Of a stretch of DNA of 64,000 nt, positions 9,846-22,969 are shown piece by piece; positions within the stretch are counted from its first letter, which is position 1; every line of letters begins with the position of its first letter. The stretch spans positions 13,420,550-13,484,549 of the forward strand of contig NC_090404.1 of the NCBI RefSeq assembly GCF_036365525.1. Direction: 5' to 3'. Under the pieces are notes generated by a model. The model searched no databases, was not told the origin of the DNA, and saw only the letters and a list, made by a program, of their open reading frames with translations. Source of the stretch: Heterodontus francisci. Its lineage: Eukaryota. Both the position numbers and the translations under genes were made by a program.

Positions 9846-11069
9846 CTTCTTAACTGATGAAGTTCCCAACTTCGATTTTTTGATACGCAATGAAATGTTA
9901 TGTGTGTGCGGATATGTAGATACATAAACATACAGATTAAACCTCAATGGCAAAATATTAATCACATTAGCATCATGGAGTTACTGGATGTTGCTTGATC
10001 TCCATATTTGATGATTCGAGAGGCTGAAAGACTTTCATTCTTACCAAATTATAAATTCAACCAGATCGAATTTTTTTTCTGAAAAAAAACAAAAAATAAA
10101 TAAAAAAATAAATTCAACCAGATAGAACTGTGGAATTATTCCGTGACTTGGGCACACCAGAAAACTGAACAAGAAACCTCAGAATTAATATAGAATAGCA
10201 GCGGTGGAAGCAGTAAAACATTCAAATGGCAGCAGATACAGTGATAATAAAAACAAACAATGACAACTGTACTACCCTAATATAGTAATAGTTCAACATG
10301 ATCATGCAGCTGTGCTCGTTAATGAAATGCAGATCCAATTTTTTCACAGTCGCGAATACATCTTTGGCCAAATCTTGAACAGCCTCTAGTTTAATGATTT
10401 CACAGGTGACAACTGGAGATTACAGGAAATATTTCTGTGTGGTAAATTACAGGTGTTACAGCACGGTTGACTGCCGGAATTATTGTTTTTTCATTAATTC
10501 AGTGTCACCGTATAGTCGGAAGAAGATGATAATAATTCTTCCGTTCAAAATGGTACTTCAATGTGTCATAAACAGACAGGCAGACAATCTCATCAATTGT
10601 TTTGTGACCGGATGTTGTTTTATTATTGATGATAAATTGGAATTATCTGAAAAGTATTTGGACTCCCAAATACCTTCACTCCTCAACAAGAGTGAGATTG
10701 GTAAAACTTTCTGTCAGACATCTAAACTTCTCAACTCACTTTGTGTAAATAATATTTCCTGTATTGGAGCAGCAACGACACCTGGAAAGTATTTCCTTGG
10801 CTGCTAATTGGCGCTTTTGGATGGACTGAGGCCGGGAAAGATGAAGCATCAATCTGCCCCTTTCTATTAAAAATTCGTCCGTGTGATATATCACTCCAGG
10901 GGTTAAGCCTATTGTCCGCCTATTTCCGCGGGGAGCAGTAGAATTTCTTCTTTCCTTTTCTTTGGTTCAATCTGCCTTGTTTGATGAGCGGTCTCTGCCT
11001 CCTGCGACGTCCCAGATTTGGTCTCCAAACTACTCAGAGATTCTCCGCGCTCAAAAGGACCCCCGCAGT

Positions 11070-12740
11070 CTGTTTTTATTCTTTTATGGGATGCGGGCGT
11101 CGCTGGTAAGGCCAACATTGGCTGCCCATCCCTAATTGTCCTTGAGAAGGTTGCGGTGAGCCGCTTCATGAACTGCTTCAGTCCGTGTGGTGTAGATGCA
11201 CCCACTGTGCTGTCAGGGGAGGGAGTTCTATGTTTCTGACTGAGCAAAAGGGAAGGAACGGCGATATAGCCCCAAGTCAGGATGGTGTGCGTCTTGGAGG
11301 GGAACTTGCAGGTGATGTTGCTATGCCTCTTCTGCCCTTGTTCCTCTAAGTGGTGGAGGTCGCGGGTTTGTAAGGTGCTGTCGAAAGAATCGTGGTGAAT
11401 TGCTGCAGTGAATCTTGTAGCTGGTACACACTGCTGCCACTGTGCGTCGGTGGTGGAGGGACCGAATTATTAAGGTGGTGGATGGAGTGCCAATCAAGCG
11501 GGCTGCTTTGTCCTGTATAGGATCGAACTTCTTGAGTGTTGTGGCACACATCCAGGGAAGTGAAGAGTATTCCATCACATTACTGACTTGTTCCTTGTGG
11601 ATGGTGCACAGGTCTTGGGGCTTTAGGAAGTGAGTTACTCGCCGCAGAATTCCCAGCCTTTGACCTGCTCGTGCAGCCACAATATTTATATGATTGGTCC
11701 ACTTAAGTTTCTGCAAAACGTTAAACCCCAGGATGTTGATAGTAGGGGATTCAGCGAAGGCAATGCCGTTGAACGTAAAGGGGAGATGGTTAGATTCCCT
11801 TTAGTTGGAGATGATCATTGCCTGTAAATTACGTAGCGTGAATTTTACTTGAACGTTATCCAGGTCTTGTTGCTTGCCGGCATGTGGCGGTGGAAGCTCA
11901 ATCATTGAGCATGTTCAGGACAGAAATCGAGAGATTTCCAAATGATTAAGACTTCAGGGATATGGGAATAGTGGGGAAAATGGCGTGGAGGTAGGTGATC
12001 AGTCATGAGCTATTTGAATGGCGGAGCAGGCTCGACGGGCCGAATGACCTATTCCTGCTCCCATTTCCTATGATCCTATAACGACTGTTGTGCAATCATC
12101 AGCTAATATCCACACTCTGGCCTTATGATGGAGGGATAAAGTAGTTGAAAGTTGTTGGGCCTAGGACACAACTGGGCAGCTCCTGCAGGAATGTCCTGGG
12201 AATGAGATGATTACCCTTCAACGACAACAACCATCTTCCTTTGTGGTAGGTATAAATAAAACCAGTGGAGAGTTTCCCCCCATTCCCATTGACTTCAATT
12301 TTGCGAGGGCTCCTTGATGCCACACACGGTCAAATTCTTGATGTCGAGGCAGTCACTCTCTCCTCACCTCTCGAAGTCATCTGTTTGTTCTTTTGTGGAC
12401 CAAGGCTGTAATGTGGTCTGGAACTGAGTGTCCAAACTGAGCATCGGTGAGCAGGTTATTGCTGAGCACTGTCAATGACACCTTCCATCACATTGCTGAT
12501 GATCGAGCTTAGACTGATGGGACGGTAGTTGGCCGGATTCAATGTGTCCTTTTTTTGTGCACAGGGCGTACCTGGGCAATTTTCCACATTATAGTGAGGA
12601 TGCCAGTGTTGCGGCTGTCTGAAACAGTTTTGTTAGAGGTGCGGCTAGTTCGGGAGCACAAGTCTTTAGTACTACAGCTGGAATGTTATCAGGGCCTATA
12701 GCATTTTCCACATTCAGTGCCTTCATCCATTTCTTTGTTT
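11070..12740 (-). mobile_element. L2/Crack-like non-LTR retrotransposon fragments, with a CR1 tail at ~11880-12080
   Basis: ORF 11321-11716 KLKWTNHINIVAARAGQRLGILRR..IQDKAARLIG..SLHHRR, an RT C-terminal region. Confidence 0.75.
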
Positions 12741-13367
12741 CACAACAGCTTTGTTTTTCATTGAAAGCTAAGAATTCTATGTGCTTTTAAAAGTTAGAAA
12801 AATATTTTTTTCTGTGATCATTGTGTTTGAACTGAGTGCATTAATTGCAAGACACCTGTTCCAAGCAGCTCAACAGGGAAATGACAGGAAGATTTATGAC
12901 TGTCACATGACTTGATTGTGGGTTTTAGTTTCACTTGGGAATGTAAACTGAGCAGCATTGCAGTGAGCTGGCTGGGACCTGTGTTTACAGACCAGAGAAA
13001 AGACCTTCCGTTTGGAAAAAAGATTTGCCTCTCTTGGAAAAAAATCCTACATTTGGGGTGTGGCTGTGATCTGTTTGGAGAGATGAAAGGACTCCTGGAG
13101 AGAGAAAAGGCACAGAAAAAGAGGAGTTGCTACACTCTGTGGAGGAACGCTGCTTTGCAGAGAGGAAGCCCTGCAATTTTAAAGGTAGGAGATTCCTATT
13201 GCCTCCAGTCTCGGAAAGATCTCTGCCTCAAGATTCCTGTTGCCTCTTGTATTTTTGGAGATCCTGTAAGATCAAGAAAGCTTCTATGGCTAGACTGCTA
13301 CATCAAAGTCCAAGTAGACCTGTTGCTACACATTTTAAAAAATATCTGCGTGACGCCTGCTGCAGAC

Positions 13368-13960
13368 ATAGGAACATAGGAACATAGATAGATAAGAGCA
13401 GGAGTAGGCCATTCAGCCCATCGAGCCTGCCCCGCCATTCAATATGATCATGGCTGATCATCCACCTCAATGCCTTTTCCCACACTATCCTCATATCCCC
13501 TTATATCATTTGTATTTAGAAATCTGTCAATCTCTGCTTTAAACATACTCAATGACTGAGCTTCCACAGCGCTCCCGGGTAGAGAATTCCAAAGACACAC
13601 TCTGAGTAAATAAATTTCTCCTCAACTCGGTCCTAAGTGGCGTACCGCTTATTTTGAAATTGTGTCCCATGGTTCTAGACTCTCCAACCAGGGGAAACAT
13701 CTCAGCTGCATCTACCCTGTCTATCCCTTTAAGTATTTTGTAGGTTTCGATGAGATCACCTCTCATTGTTCGAAACTCTAGAGAATACAGACCCAGTTTC
13801 CCACTCTCTCTTCATAGGACAGTCCCACTATCCCAGGAACAAGTCTGGTGAACCTTCGTTGAACTCCCACGATGGTAATAACTTCCTTCCGAATGTAAAA
13901 GACCAAAAATGCACACAGTACTCCAAGTGCGGTCCAAACAAGGTTATATACAATTGAAGA
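13368..13960 (-). mobile_element. CR1 3' fragment inserted in the LTR
   Basis: RGDLIETYKILKG..; PHLEYCVHFWS; (ATGTTCCT)n-type tail. Confidence 0.85.
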
Positions 13961-14456
13961 AAAGTGAATTGCCTTGAACGCCTACCCATCACTGACTGTT
14001 CGTCAACCTCGACTGGAGAGACTTCGAGTGGCATCCGAATATTCGCCTCTGGGACACCTCACTTACCCGGAAATATCCTACCAGAACGTTACAATCCAGT
14101 TATTTGATTATTCCTAAGAAACAGATGCAAAGAGAAAAGCATCTTTTCCCAGTTAACTGGTTTTTGAATGTATGTGTGTGTGCATGAGGGTTAGGAAGAA
14201 TAAGAAATTATAAAATCTTTTCATATATATAGATTTATCTCAATATTGTTGTTTAAGATTTAGTTTATTAATAAATAGTCAATTTTATTGTTGTTTAATG
14301 AAACTCAGTTTGTGAGTTTTATTCTGGGGGACAAATATTGTGTTTAATTTGGCTATTTTCCTCGAGGTGAGAAACATTACTAATATGCTGTGACCCATGG
14401 AGTAGTGGGACTGAATTAACAGTGCATTACTTCTGCCTTGGCCACAACATATTAAT

Positions 14457-14474
14457 TGGGGGCTCTTCTGGGAT
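14457..14474 (+). other. primer-binding site, tRNA-Pro type
   Basis: TGGGGGCTCTTCTGGGAT, two mismatches to TGGGGGCTCGTCCGGGAT, just after the LTR end. Confidence 0.75.
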
Positions 14475-14656
14475 TCGAATCCAATGCTAATTACGTTAAT
14501 GATGAACAGGCATGAATAATTGAAAGAAAAATAAACTATTTCTTGTATAATAAGGTAAAGTCTATACCATCGGAAAGGGACGTAGAGGCATTTTACATTT
14601 TTTTTTAAATAGCCAAACAAATTAAATGGCCAAAGGAAAGCTGGATACTGCTTATT

Positions 14657-15760
14657 CTTATGACCGAGGTGGGTGTAATGCACTATTAATTCAGTCCCAC
14701 TACTCCACATGTCACAACATATTAGCAAAGTTTCCCACCTACCAGAAAAATAGCCAAATTGATCACTTTAATTATCCCTAAAATAAAGCACGCCAAACCA
14801 GGTTTCTTGAAACAGCAACATTGACTATTTATTAATAAACCAAGTTTTTAAACGATGATGTGATGAATCTATATGTATGAAAATATTTTATAACTTCTTA
14901 ATCTTCCTAACCCTCGTGCACACACATACATTCAATGACCAACGGTTCACCGGGGAAAACAGAAATATTCATTTTGCAAGAGCTTCTTAGGAAAAAAGAA
15001 ATAACGGCGTTGTAACTTTTTGGTAGCATTTTTTCTGGATCGTGGAGGTGTCCCAGAGTCGAATAGTCAGATGCCACTCGCTGCCTCTCCAGGTGAAATT
15101 AAGGAACAGTCGATTATGGGTAGGCGCTCAAGGTAGTTCATCTGCAGCAGGCGTCACACAGATCTTTCATCAGCAGATTGTAGCAACAGGTACACTTAAA
15201 TTGTGTAACAGTTTAACGGTAGAAGCTTCCTTGAAACTTGCAAAAAACGCAAAAGTCAACAGGACTTACTCTCAGCAAAGGAGCCTTCTCCACAGAGCAC
15301 AGCAATTACAGAACTCACTCTTCAGGCAGGAATTCTTGAATGGAGGCAACAGCAACTTGTCATGCATGAAACACAAGCCCTCCCTCGCAAAAGCAATGTC
15401 ACTCCACAACAATTCCGTCCCTCTTCGGGTCTCTTCCTCTTTGATATGGGAATAATTTTTCAAGAGAACAAGAGATGTCTGGGCTGTATTCCTGGCCACT
15501 TACCAGCAGTAACTCTTTCAGCTGCTCACAACAACCTGGTTTCTCCTTTCACTGCCAAAATAGAACTGAAAGCCTTTCTCAATAGGAGTCATAAAACAGT
15601 CGTAAAACCATCAGGTTGCTTGGATACACATTTCCCTGCAGCCTGGAATCTTCAAACACTAAACCTCTGCAGTTATTGTCCACATAGTTTCTTTTCAGTC
15701 TTAAAGGCACACAGTCCTCCAAGTTAAAAAAAATGCTTATGACATTATGCAAAGCGGAGT
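14657..15760 (-). mobile_element. related solo LTR in inverted orientation, inside the Gmr1 gag
   Basis: 14660-14725 is the reverse complement of the LTR end at 14380-14449 (ggagtagtgggactgaattaa..gtgcattac). Confidence 0.7.
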
Positions 15761-16257
15761 AATGGGCAGAGCTCATGTAGTTTAGACCATGCTTCCTGAA
15801 GAAAAGTCTGCAGATTATGAGATGTCAAAAAGCCTATTCTCGCTGCGTGTGTGTTAATCCCTGAATTTTACCATCAGAAGTTTCGGAATTTATGGAGATC
15901 AGCTGGGCAGACGCATGTAAAATTTCAGGGGGTAAAGAAAATTAATTTTATCGTTGGATATGAACAGTAAAGATGGAAGCACGTATGAGAACCTTAGAGA
16001 ATTGATTCTTTTGGAAGAGTTTAAAGGTTAAATCCCTCCAGTATTGAGAACGCATGTAGAGAACCAAAAGTTTCAAAAGTCAGGCAAACAACAGAAATTG
16101 CTGATGGTTTTGAGCTTGTGAATAAGCCATACCCTTTACCAATCACCCCGACAAACACGAGAAGGTTAGAAGGTGGGAGAGTGAAAGAAAGGCAAATAGC
16201 CGGGGACAAGAAGGAACAGCTGAGAACGTCCCAGGATCCCTTCCTCAGGCCTGAAAG

Positions 16258-19200
16258 AACACAAGAACACAAGACATAGGAGTAGACATAGACCATACGG
16301 CCCATCGAGCCTGCTCCGCCATTCAATACGATCATGGTTGATCTTGGGCTTCAATTCCACTTTCCTGCCCGCTTCCCATATCCCTTGATTCCCTGCGAGG
16401 CTAAAATCTATCTATCCCAGCCTTAAACGTATTCAATGATGGAGCATCCACAAACCCTCTGGGGTAGAGAATTCCAAAGATTCACAAACCCTTTGAGTGT
16501 AGTAATTTCTGCACATCTCAGTCCTGAATGATTGCCCCCTTATCCTGAGACTGTGTCCCCGTGTTTTTGATTCTCTGACCAGTGGGAACAATCTCTCAGT
16601 TTCTACCCTATTAAGCCCTTTCAGAATCTTGTATGTCTCAATTAGATCGCCTCCCATTCTTCTAAACTCCAGAGAATATTGGCCCAATTTACTCAGTCTG
16701 TCATCTTGGATATCCCCTCATTCCAGGGACCAATTTAGTAAATCTTCCCTGCACTGCCTCCAGTGCAAGTATATCATTTCTTAAATGTGGAGACCAAAAC
16801 TGCACACAGTATTCCAGGTGCGGTCTCCCCAAAGCCCAGTGCAATTTTAGTAAGACTTCTTTATTCCTGTACTCCAATCAACTTGCAATAAAGGGCAACA
16901 TGCCATTTGCCTTCCTAATAGCCTGCTGCACCTGCATGTGAACTTTACGTGTTCCTTGTACAAGTACCCCCAAGTCTCTCTGAACATCAATACTTACTAG
17001 CTTCACACCTTTTAAAAAAAATTCTGCTTTTCTATTCTTATGAACAAAGTGAACAACTTCATACTTCCCTATATTATACTCCATTTGCCATCTTGTTACC
17101 AACTCACTTAAGCTTTCTGTAACTCTTTTCAGCCTCTCTACAACCTCCCCACAGCTTACCTTTCTTCCAAGCTTTGTATCATCAACAAACTTAGATACAT
17201 TACTCTCTGTCTCTTCATCGAAGTCATTAATATAGAGTGTAAATAGCTGAGGCCCCAGCACTGATCCTTGTGGCACCCCACTATTCACTGCGTGTCAACT
17301 TGAAAATGCTCCATTAATGCACCCATCCAGGCAAGTGGAGAGCATTCCATCACACTCCTGACTTGTGCCTTGTAGATAGTGGACAGGCTTTGGGGAGTCA
17401 GGAGGTGAGTTACTCACTGCAGGATTCCTAGCCTCTGATCTGCTCTTGTAACCACTGTATTTATATGGCTACTCCCATTCAGTTTCTGGTCGATGGTAAC
17501 CCTCACTCTAACCCCCGAGTTTACTGCCTATTTCTGCTATGGAACTTGTATCTTCTACTATGAAGACAGACACAAAATATTTGTTCAATGTCTCTGCCAT
17601 TTCCTTATTCACCATGATGATTTCTCCAGCTTCTGCCTGTAAGGGACCAACGCCTACATTAGCTACTCTCTTCCTTTTTATATGCTTATCAAAGCTCTTA
17701 CAATCTGTTTTTATATTGATGGCTAGTTTAATCTCATATTCTATTTTTTCCCCCTTTTTATCAACTTTTTGGTGGCCCTTTGCTGGTTTCTAAAACACTC
17801 CCAATCCTCAGACTTACTGATAGCTTTTGCAACATTGTAAGCCTCTTCTTTTAGTCTAATACTCTCCTTAACTTCCTGAGTGAGACACGGATGGGTCCTT
17901 CTTGACGTGGTTTTGTTTTTGAATGGAATGTACTTTTGTTGAACCCTTTGAATTGTTTCTTTCAATGTTCCCACTGTTCATTTACCGCCATAACTTCTAG
18001 CCTATTTACTCAATTAACCTTAGCCAGTTCTCCCCTCATACCTTCGTAACTGGCTTTGTTTAAGTTCAAGATTCTTGTTTACAATTGAAATGTGTCACTT
18101 TCAAACTTAACATCAAATGCAATGGCATTATGATCACTATTTCCCACTGGATCCTTTGCGACGACATTGTTTTTAACCCTGCTTCATTACATAATGCGAG
18201 ATCTAAGATAGCTTTGTCCCCAGTCAATTCTACAAAGCATTGTTCAGAGAAACTGTCACAAAGGCATTCCACAAGTTCATCTTTGAGACCACTGTTACCA
18301 ATTGCATTGTCCATGTCTATATGCAGATTAAAGTCCCTTATAATTAATACATTACCTTTTCTACATGCTACAATAATTTCCCATTTAATGTTCACTCCAA
18401 TAATATAATTACTGTGAGGGGCCTGAAAACTACTCCCACCAGTGTTTTCTGACTCCTGCTATTCCTCAGTTCCACTCAAACTGATTCTATTTCATGATCT
18501 TCTGAGGCCAGGTTTTTTCTTAATTAGAACATTACAGCGCAGTACAGGCCATTCGGCCCTCGATGTTGCGCCGACCTGTGAAACCATCTGACCTACACTA
18601 TTCCATTTTCATCCATATGTCTATCCAACGACCACTTAAATGCCCTTAAAGTTGGCGAGTCTACTACTGTTGCAGGCAGGGCGTTCCACACCCCTACTAC
18701 TCTCTGAGTAAAGAAACTACCTCTGACATCTGTCCTATATCTATCACCCCTCAACTTAAAGCTATGTCCCCTCGTGTTTGCCATCACCATCCGAGGAAAA
18801 AGACTCTCACTATCCACCCTATCTAACCCTCTGATTATCTTATATGTCTGTATTAAGTCACCTCTCCTCCTCCTTCTCTCCAACGAAAACAACCTCAAGT
18901 CCCTCAGGCTTTCCTCGTAAGACCTTCCCTCCATACCAGGCAACATCCAAGTAAATCTCCTCTGCACCCTTTCCAAAGCTTCCACATCCTTCCTATAATG
19001 CGGTGACCAGAACTGCACACAATACTCCAGGTGCGGCCTCACCAGGGTTTTGTCCAGCTGCAGCATGACCTCGTGGCTCCGAAACTCGATCCCGCTACTA
19101 ATAAAAGCTAACACACCATATGCCTTCTTAACAGCCCTATTAACCTGGGTAGCAACTTTCAGGGATTTATGTACCTGGACACCAAGATCTCTCTGCTCAT

Positions 19201-20530
19201 CTACACTACCAAGAATCTTTCCATTAGCCCAGTACTCTGCATTCCTGTTACTCCTTCCAAAGTGAATCACCTCACACTTTTCTGCATTAAACTCCATTTG
19301 CCATCTCTCAGCCCAGCTCTGCAGCCTATATATGTCCCTCTGTACCCTCCAACATCCTTCGGCACTATCCACAACTCCACCGACCCTCGTGTCAACCTTA
19401 TGCCATCCTTTACTATCAGGGCTACCCCTCCTCCTTTGCCATTCTGTCTGTCTCTGAAATATTGTGAAACCTGGAATATTCATTTCCCAATCTTGATCTC
19501 CTTGTAACCATGTCTCAGTAATGGCAATTAGATGTCGATCATATACCTCCATTCGTGCCATTAGTTCACTTATCTTATTACAGATGCTTCGTGCATTCAG
19601 ACAAAGGAACTTTAATTTCATTTTTTTTTAACCTCAATTCCCTGCAATGGCCTTATTTGCCAATGTTCAATTTTTGTTAAACTTTCCGTCCCTTCCTGTC
19701 CCATTCTGTTGGGCGTTACCCACATCACTTTCCTGCTCCGAAGCCCTGGCCTCTCTCTTTGGATTTCAAAATGTCCCCTTACCCAAACCCACACCTCCCC
19801 AACCTCCCCAACCTCCCCATCCTTGTTAGTTTGAAGCCCTGTCCACAGCCCACTAATGTGATTGGCCAGGACACTGGTCCCAGCCCAGTTCAAGTGAAGG
19901 CCATCCCGATGGAATCGCTCCCTTTTCCCTGAGTTCTAATGCCAATGCCCCAAGCATCGAAACCACTTCTTCCCACACCACTCTTTGAGCCACACGTTTA
20001 GTTCTCTAATCTGCTTGACTCTGTGCCAATTTGCACGTGGCTCAGGTAACAATCCGGAGATGATTACCTTTGATGTTCTGCTTTTTAGTTTGGACCCTAA
20101 CTCCTCAAATTCTCTAAGACGAACATCATTTCTGGTTCTACCTATATCATTGGTTCCCTCATGGACCACGGCAACTGGATGCTCCCCCTCCCACTCCAGG
20201 TTTGTCTCCAGCCATGAGGAGATGTCCGTCACCCTGGCACCGGGCAGGCAACACAACCATTGGAGCCTCCGGTCACAGCTGCAGGGAGCAGTATCTATCG
20301 CCCTGACTATACCACATTCTTCTTCCCATTGGAATGGGATCTTTCATCATGGTGCCATGTTCAGTCTGTTCATCCATCTTGCAGTCCTTCTCTTCATCTA
20401 CACAGGTAGCAAGGACCTCGTACCTGTTGGTCAAAGTCAGGAGCTGAGGCTGCTCCATAACTACATGCTTCTTCCCCCTATCTACCTCATTTGGGGCCAC
20501 ACCCTCCTGTCCTTGACCATTAACCATCTC
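16258..20530 (-). mobile_element. CR1 LINE (SGNH-esterase ORF1, endonuclease and RT relics) containing a younger CR1 piece and an L2-like piece
   Basis: CCLPGARV..VVHEGTNDIG; LNARSICNK..IAITETW; SGVPQGSVLGP..KFVDDTK. Confidence 0.85.
18526..19395 (-). mobile_element. young CR1 3' fragment nested in the older CR1
   Basis: Uninterrupted RT C-terminus WQMEFNAEKC..LVRPHLEYCVQFWSP..FFTQRVV; near-identical to 51632-52247. Confidence 0.9.
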
Positions 20531-22969
20531 TAAAGGAAGGTACTGAGGCTAGAAGTGAGGTCCGCAAGCCAAAGTGTTATCATTGCCACAAGGCTGGACA
20601 TCTTCTTTCCGAATGCTGTAAGTTGTGAGGTAAACCCATGCGACTGGTTGGAGTACACAAAGCTAATGCTGAGAAAGGGCCTCTGACTGAGAGTACAACA
20701 CACCAGGCTGTAGCTTTGACAGCAGCAGTAACACCAGATACAAAGAAAGTATGTGTAGAGGTTGAGAATAAGATACCTGAAAGTTATAATGAATTCTTGT
20801 CAAAAGGAAAAGTAACTGCATATTCCTCAAGTGAGGCAGGCAAACCTAACGTTATACTTATGGTTACTGGAGCAACCCAAACTCTTTTGCTGGGGAAAGG
20901 TACAAAATTTCCACCAGAGAGCGCACTGAAAGCTAAAGTTTTAGTTAATGTATTGGCATGGAGTATATACCCATACCTTTGTATGGAGTGCACCTAGAGT
21001 GTGACCTAATGACTGGGGTTGTAACTGCAGGAGGTGTCCATAGATTGCCGGTAGAGGGAATTGACCTTTTCCTAGGGAATGACTTGGCTGGATCAAAAGT
21101 ATCAGTTTCTCCTAGAATCTCAGAGAAACCAAGTGAAGTTAAAGAAACGGAACAATTACTGGAACAAGTTCCAGGGACATTTCCTGCGTGTGCAGTCACC
21201 CAAGCAATGGCTAAGTAAATTCCATTGTTGGAGGTAAAATTGGCACCACAGATAGCCGAGTATCTGAAACTTTCCTTGGGGATTTACATAATCCAAATGA
21301 GATGTTTATCAAATCATAGAAACACAGAGAGTAGGAGCAGGACTAGGCCATTCGGCCCTTCAGGCTTGCTCCGCCATTCAAAAAAGATCATGGCTGATCG
21401 TCTAATTCAGTACCCTATTCCTGCTTTCTCCCCATATCCCTTGATCCCTTTGGCATTAAGAAATATATCTATCTCCTTCTTGAATATATTTAACGACTTG
21501 GCCTCTGCGGTAGAGAATTCCACAGGTTCACCACCCTCTGAGTGAAGAAATTTCTCCTCATCTCGGTTGTAAACAGCATATCCCGTATCCTGAGACTGTG
21601 ACCCCTAGTTCAGGACTCCCCAGCCATCGGGAACATCCTCCCTGCATCAAGCCTGTCTAGTCCTGTTAGAACCTTCTATAATTGCAGCACAGCAAACTGA
21701 TCCAGTGTTACATAGAACAGTACAAATGTTCAACAGGTAGTGATACCACATAAATATCACTGGGAATTATTAAGGTTAGCACATGACATTCGTCACGCAG
21801 GACATATGGGGATCCTGAAGACAAAATCACGTATAAATCAACATTATTACTGGCCAGGCCTTACAAAGGACACGAGGCAGTTTTGCAGGACATGCCATAC
21901 GTGCCAAATGGTGGGAGAACCGCAACCTAAAGCCGATACCACTAATTCCCATACCAGTTATTGAGGAACCATTTAGTTGGGTATTGGTAGACTGCCACAA
22001 ACAAAATCAGGACACCAATATATGCTCACGATCATGGATATGGCTAGTCAATTTCCAGAGGCTATTCCCTTGAGGAAAACTACTGCTAAAGTAGTCGGGG
22101 CGAAGTTAACCAAATTCTTTACGTGCTATAATCACCACTTGAAGCTTAATCAGATCAAGGTTCAGACTTCATGTCGAAGATATTTCAAGAAGTCAGTTAG
22201 AATATTCAGCATATCAACCACGGACACATGGAGCTTTAGAAAAGTACCATCAAACTCTCAAAACAATGATTAGAACATATTGTCACGAATATCCCCATGA
22301 TTGGGATAAAGGGCGAGACTTTCTTTTATCTGTCATTTGAGATTCACCGAATGAGTGCACAGGTTTTCGTCCTTTCGAATTGGTTTATGAACATGAGATA
22401 AAAGGTCCTCTAAAACTCATCAAAGACAGGTTCTTAGAACAAAGGAATGGATCTTCGGTTTCTAGATTATATATCTATGTTCCAGGAAAGGCTGACAAAG
22501 GTTTGCAGTGTGGCTCAGGAACACGTTGAAGCATCCCAAGCCAATATGAAAATATAGACAGACAAGAACGCAAAGAAGTATTAGTATTATTATCTTTACC
22601 AGGTGAACCAAACTACTTGATTGACACTCCTGATCACTGGAAAAAGAATTAGCTGTGTCATATCAATGTGTTGAAACAATATTATCGCAAGGAGGGGGAT
22701 AAGCTAGTACAGGTATATCAGGTAATTGGGACTCTTGAGAAGGAAAAGGATAGTGAGGATAAGACAGAAGGAGGCCTAGATAATTCTCCAACTATCTGGT
22801 TAACTAATACAGAATGGCAAGGAAAATTGGACAATATGCTTTTGTACTTAGATGCAGAACAACGAAAAGACCTAACAAGGCTACTCACAGCATTTAAAAG
22901 AGTCTGTAAGGATATGCCAGGATGTACAACCTTAGCCACACATGATGTGGATGTAGGGGATTCCATTTA

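Larger units (their letters stand above)
8886..10807 (+). pseudogene. decayed non-rearranging Ig-superfamily gene with V-set and C1-set domain relics
   Basis: 9975-10320 DVA*SPYLMIREAERLSFLPNY..YSVTWAHQ..GSRYS..NIVIVQHDHAAV; ~10380-10450 SSLMISQVTTGDYRKYFCVV; 10590-10770 LINCFVTG..NKSEIGKTFCQTSKL..ISC; possible further C1 relic at 8886-9120; no RSS. Confidence 0.45.

Noticed and set aside
9426-9857. ORF with 22-aa repeats and a CRISPR-like look
   Set aside because: Plain 66-bp tandem repeat without unique spacers, in eukaryotic DNA
10420-10530. Transmembrane-like reading GVTARLTAGIIVFSLIQC and an upstream YIFGQ J-like motif
   Set aside because: Overlaps the better-supported V-set end in another frame and lacks a proper intron; not called separately
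18593-19621. 342-aa ORF joining endonuclease start to RT end
   Set aside because: Chance in-frame junction of two nested CR1 copies, not a gene
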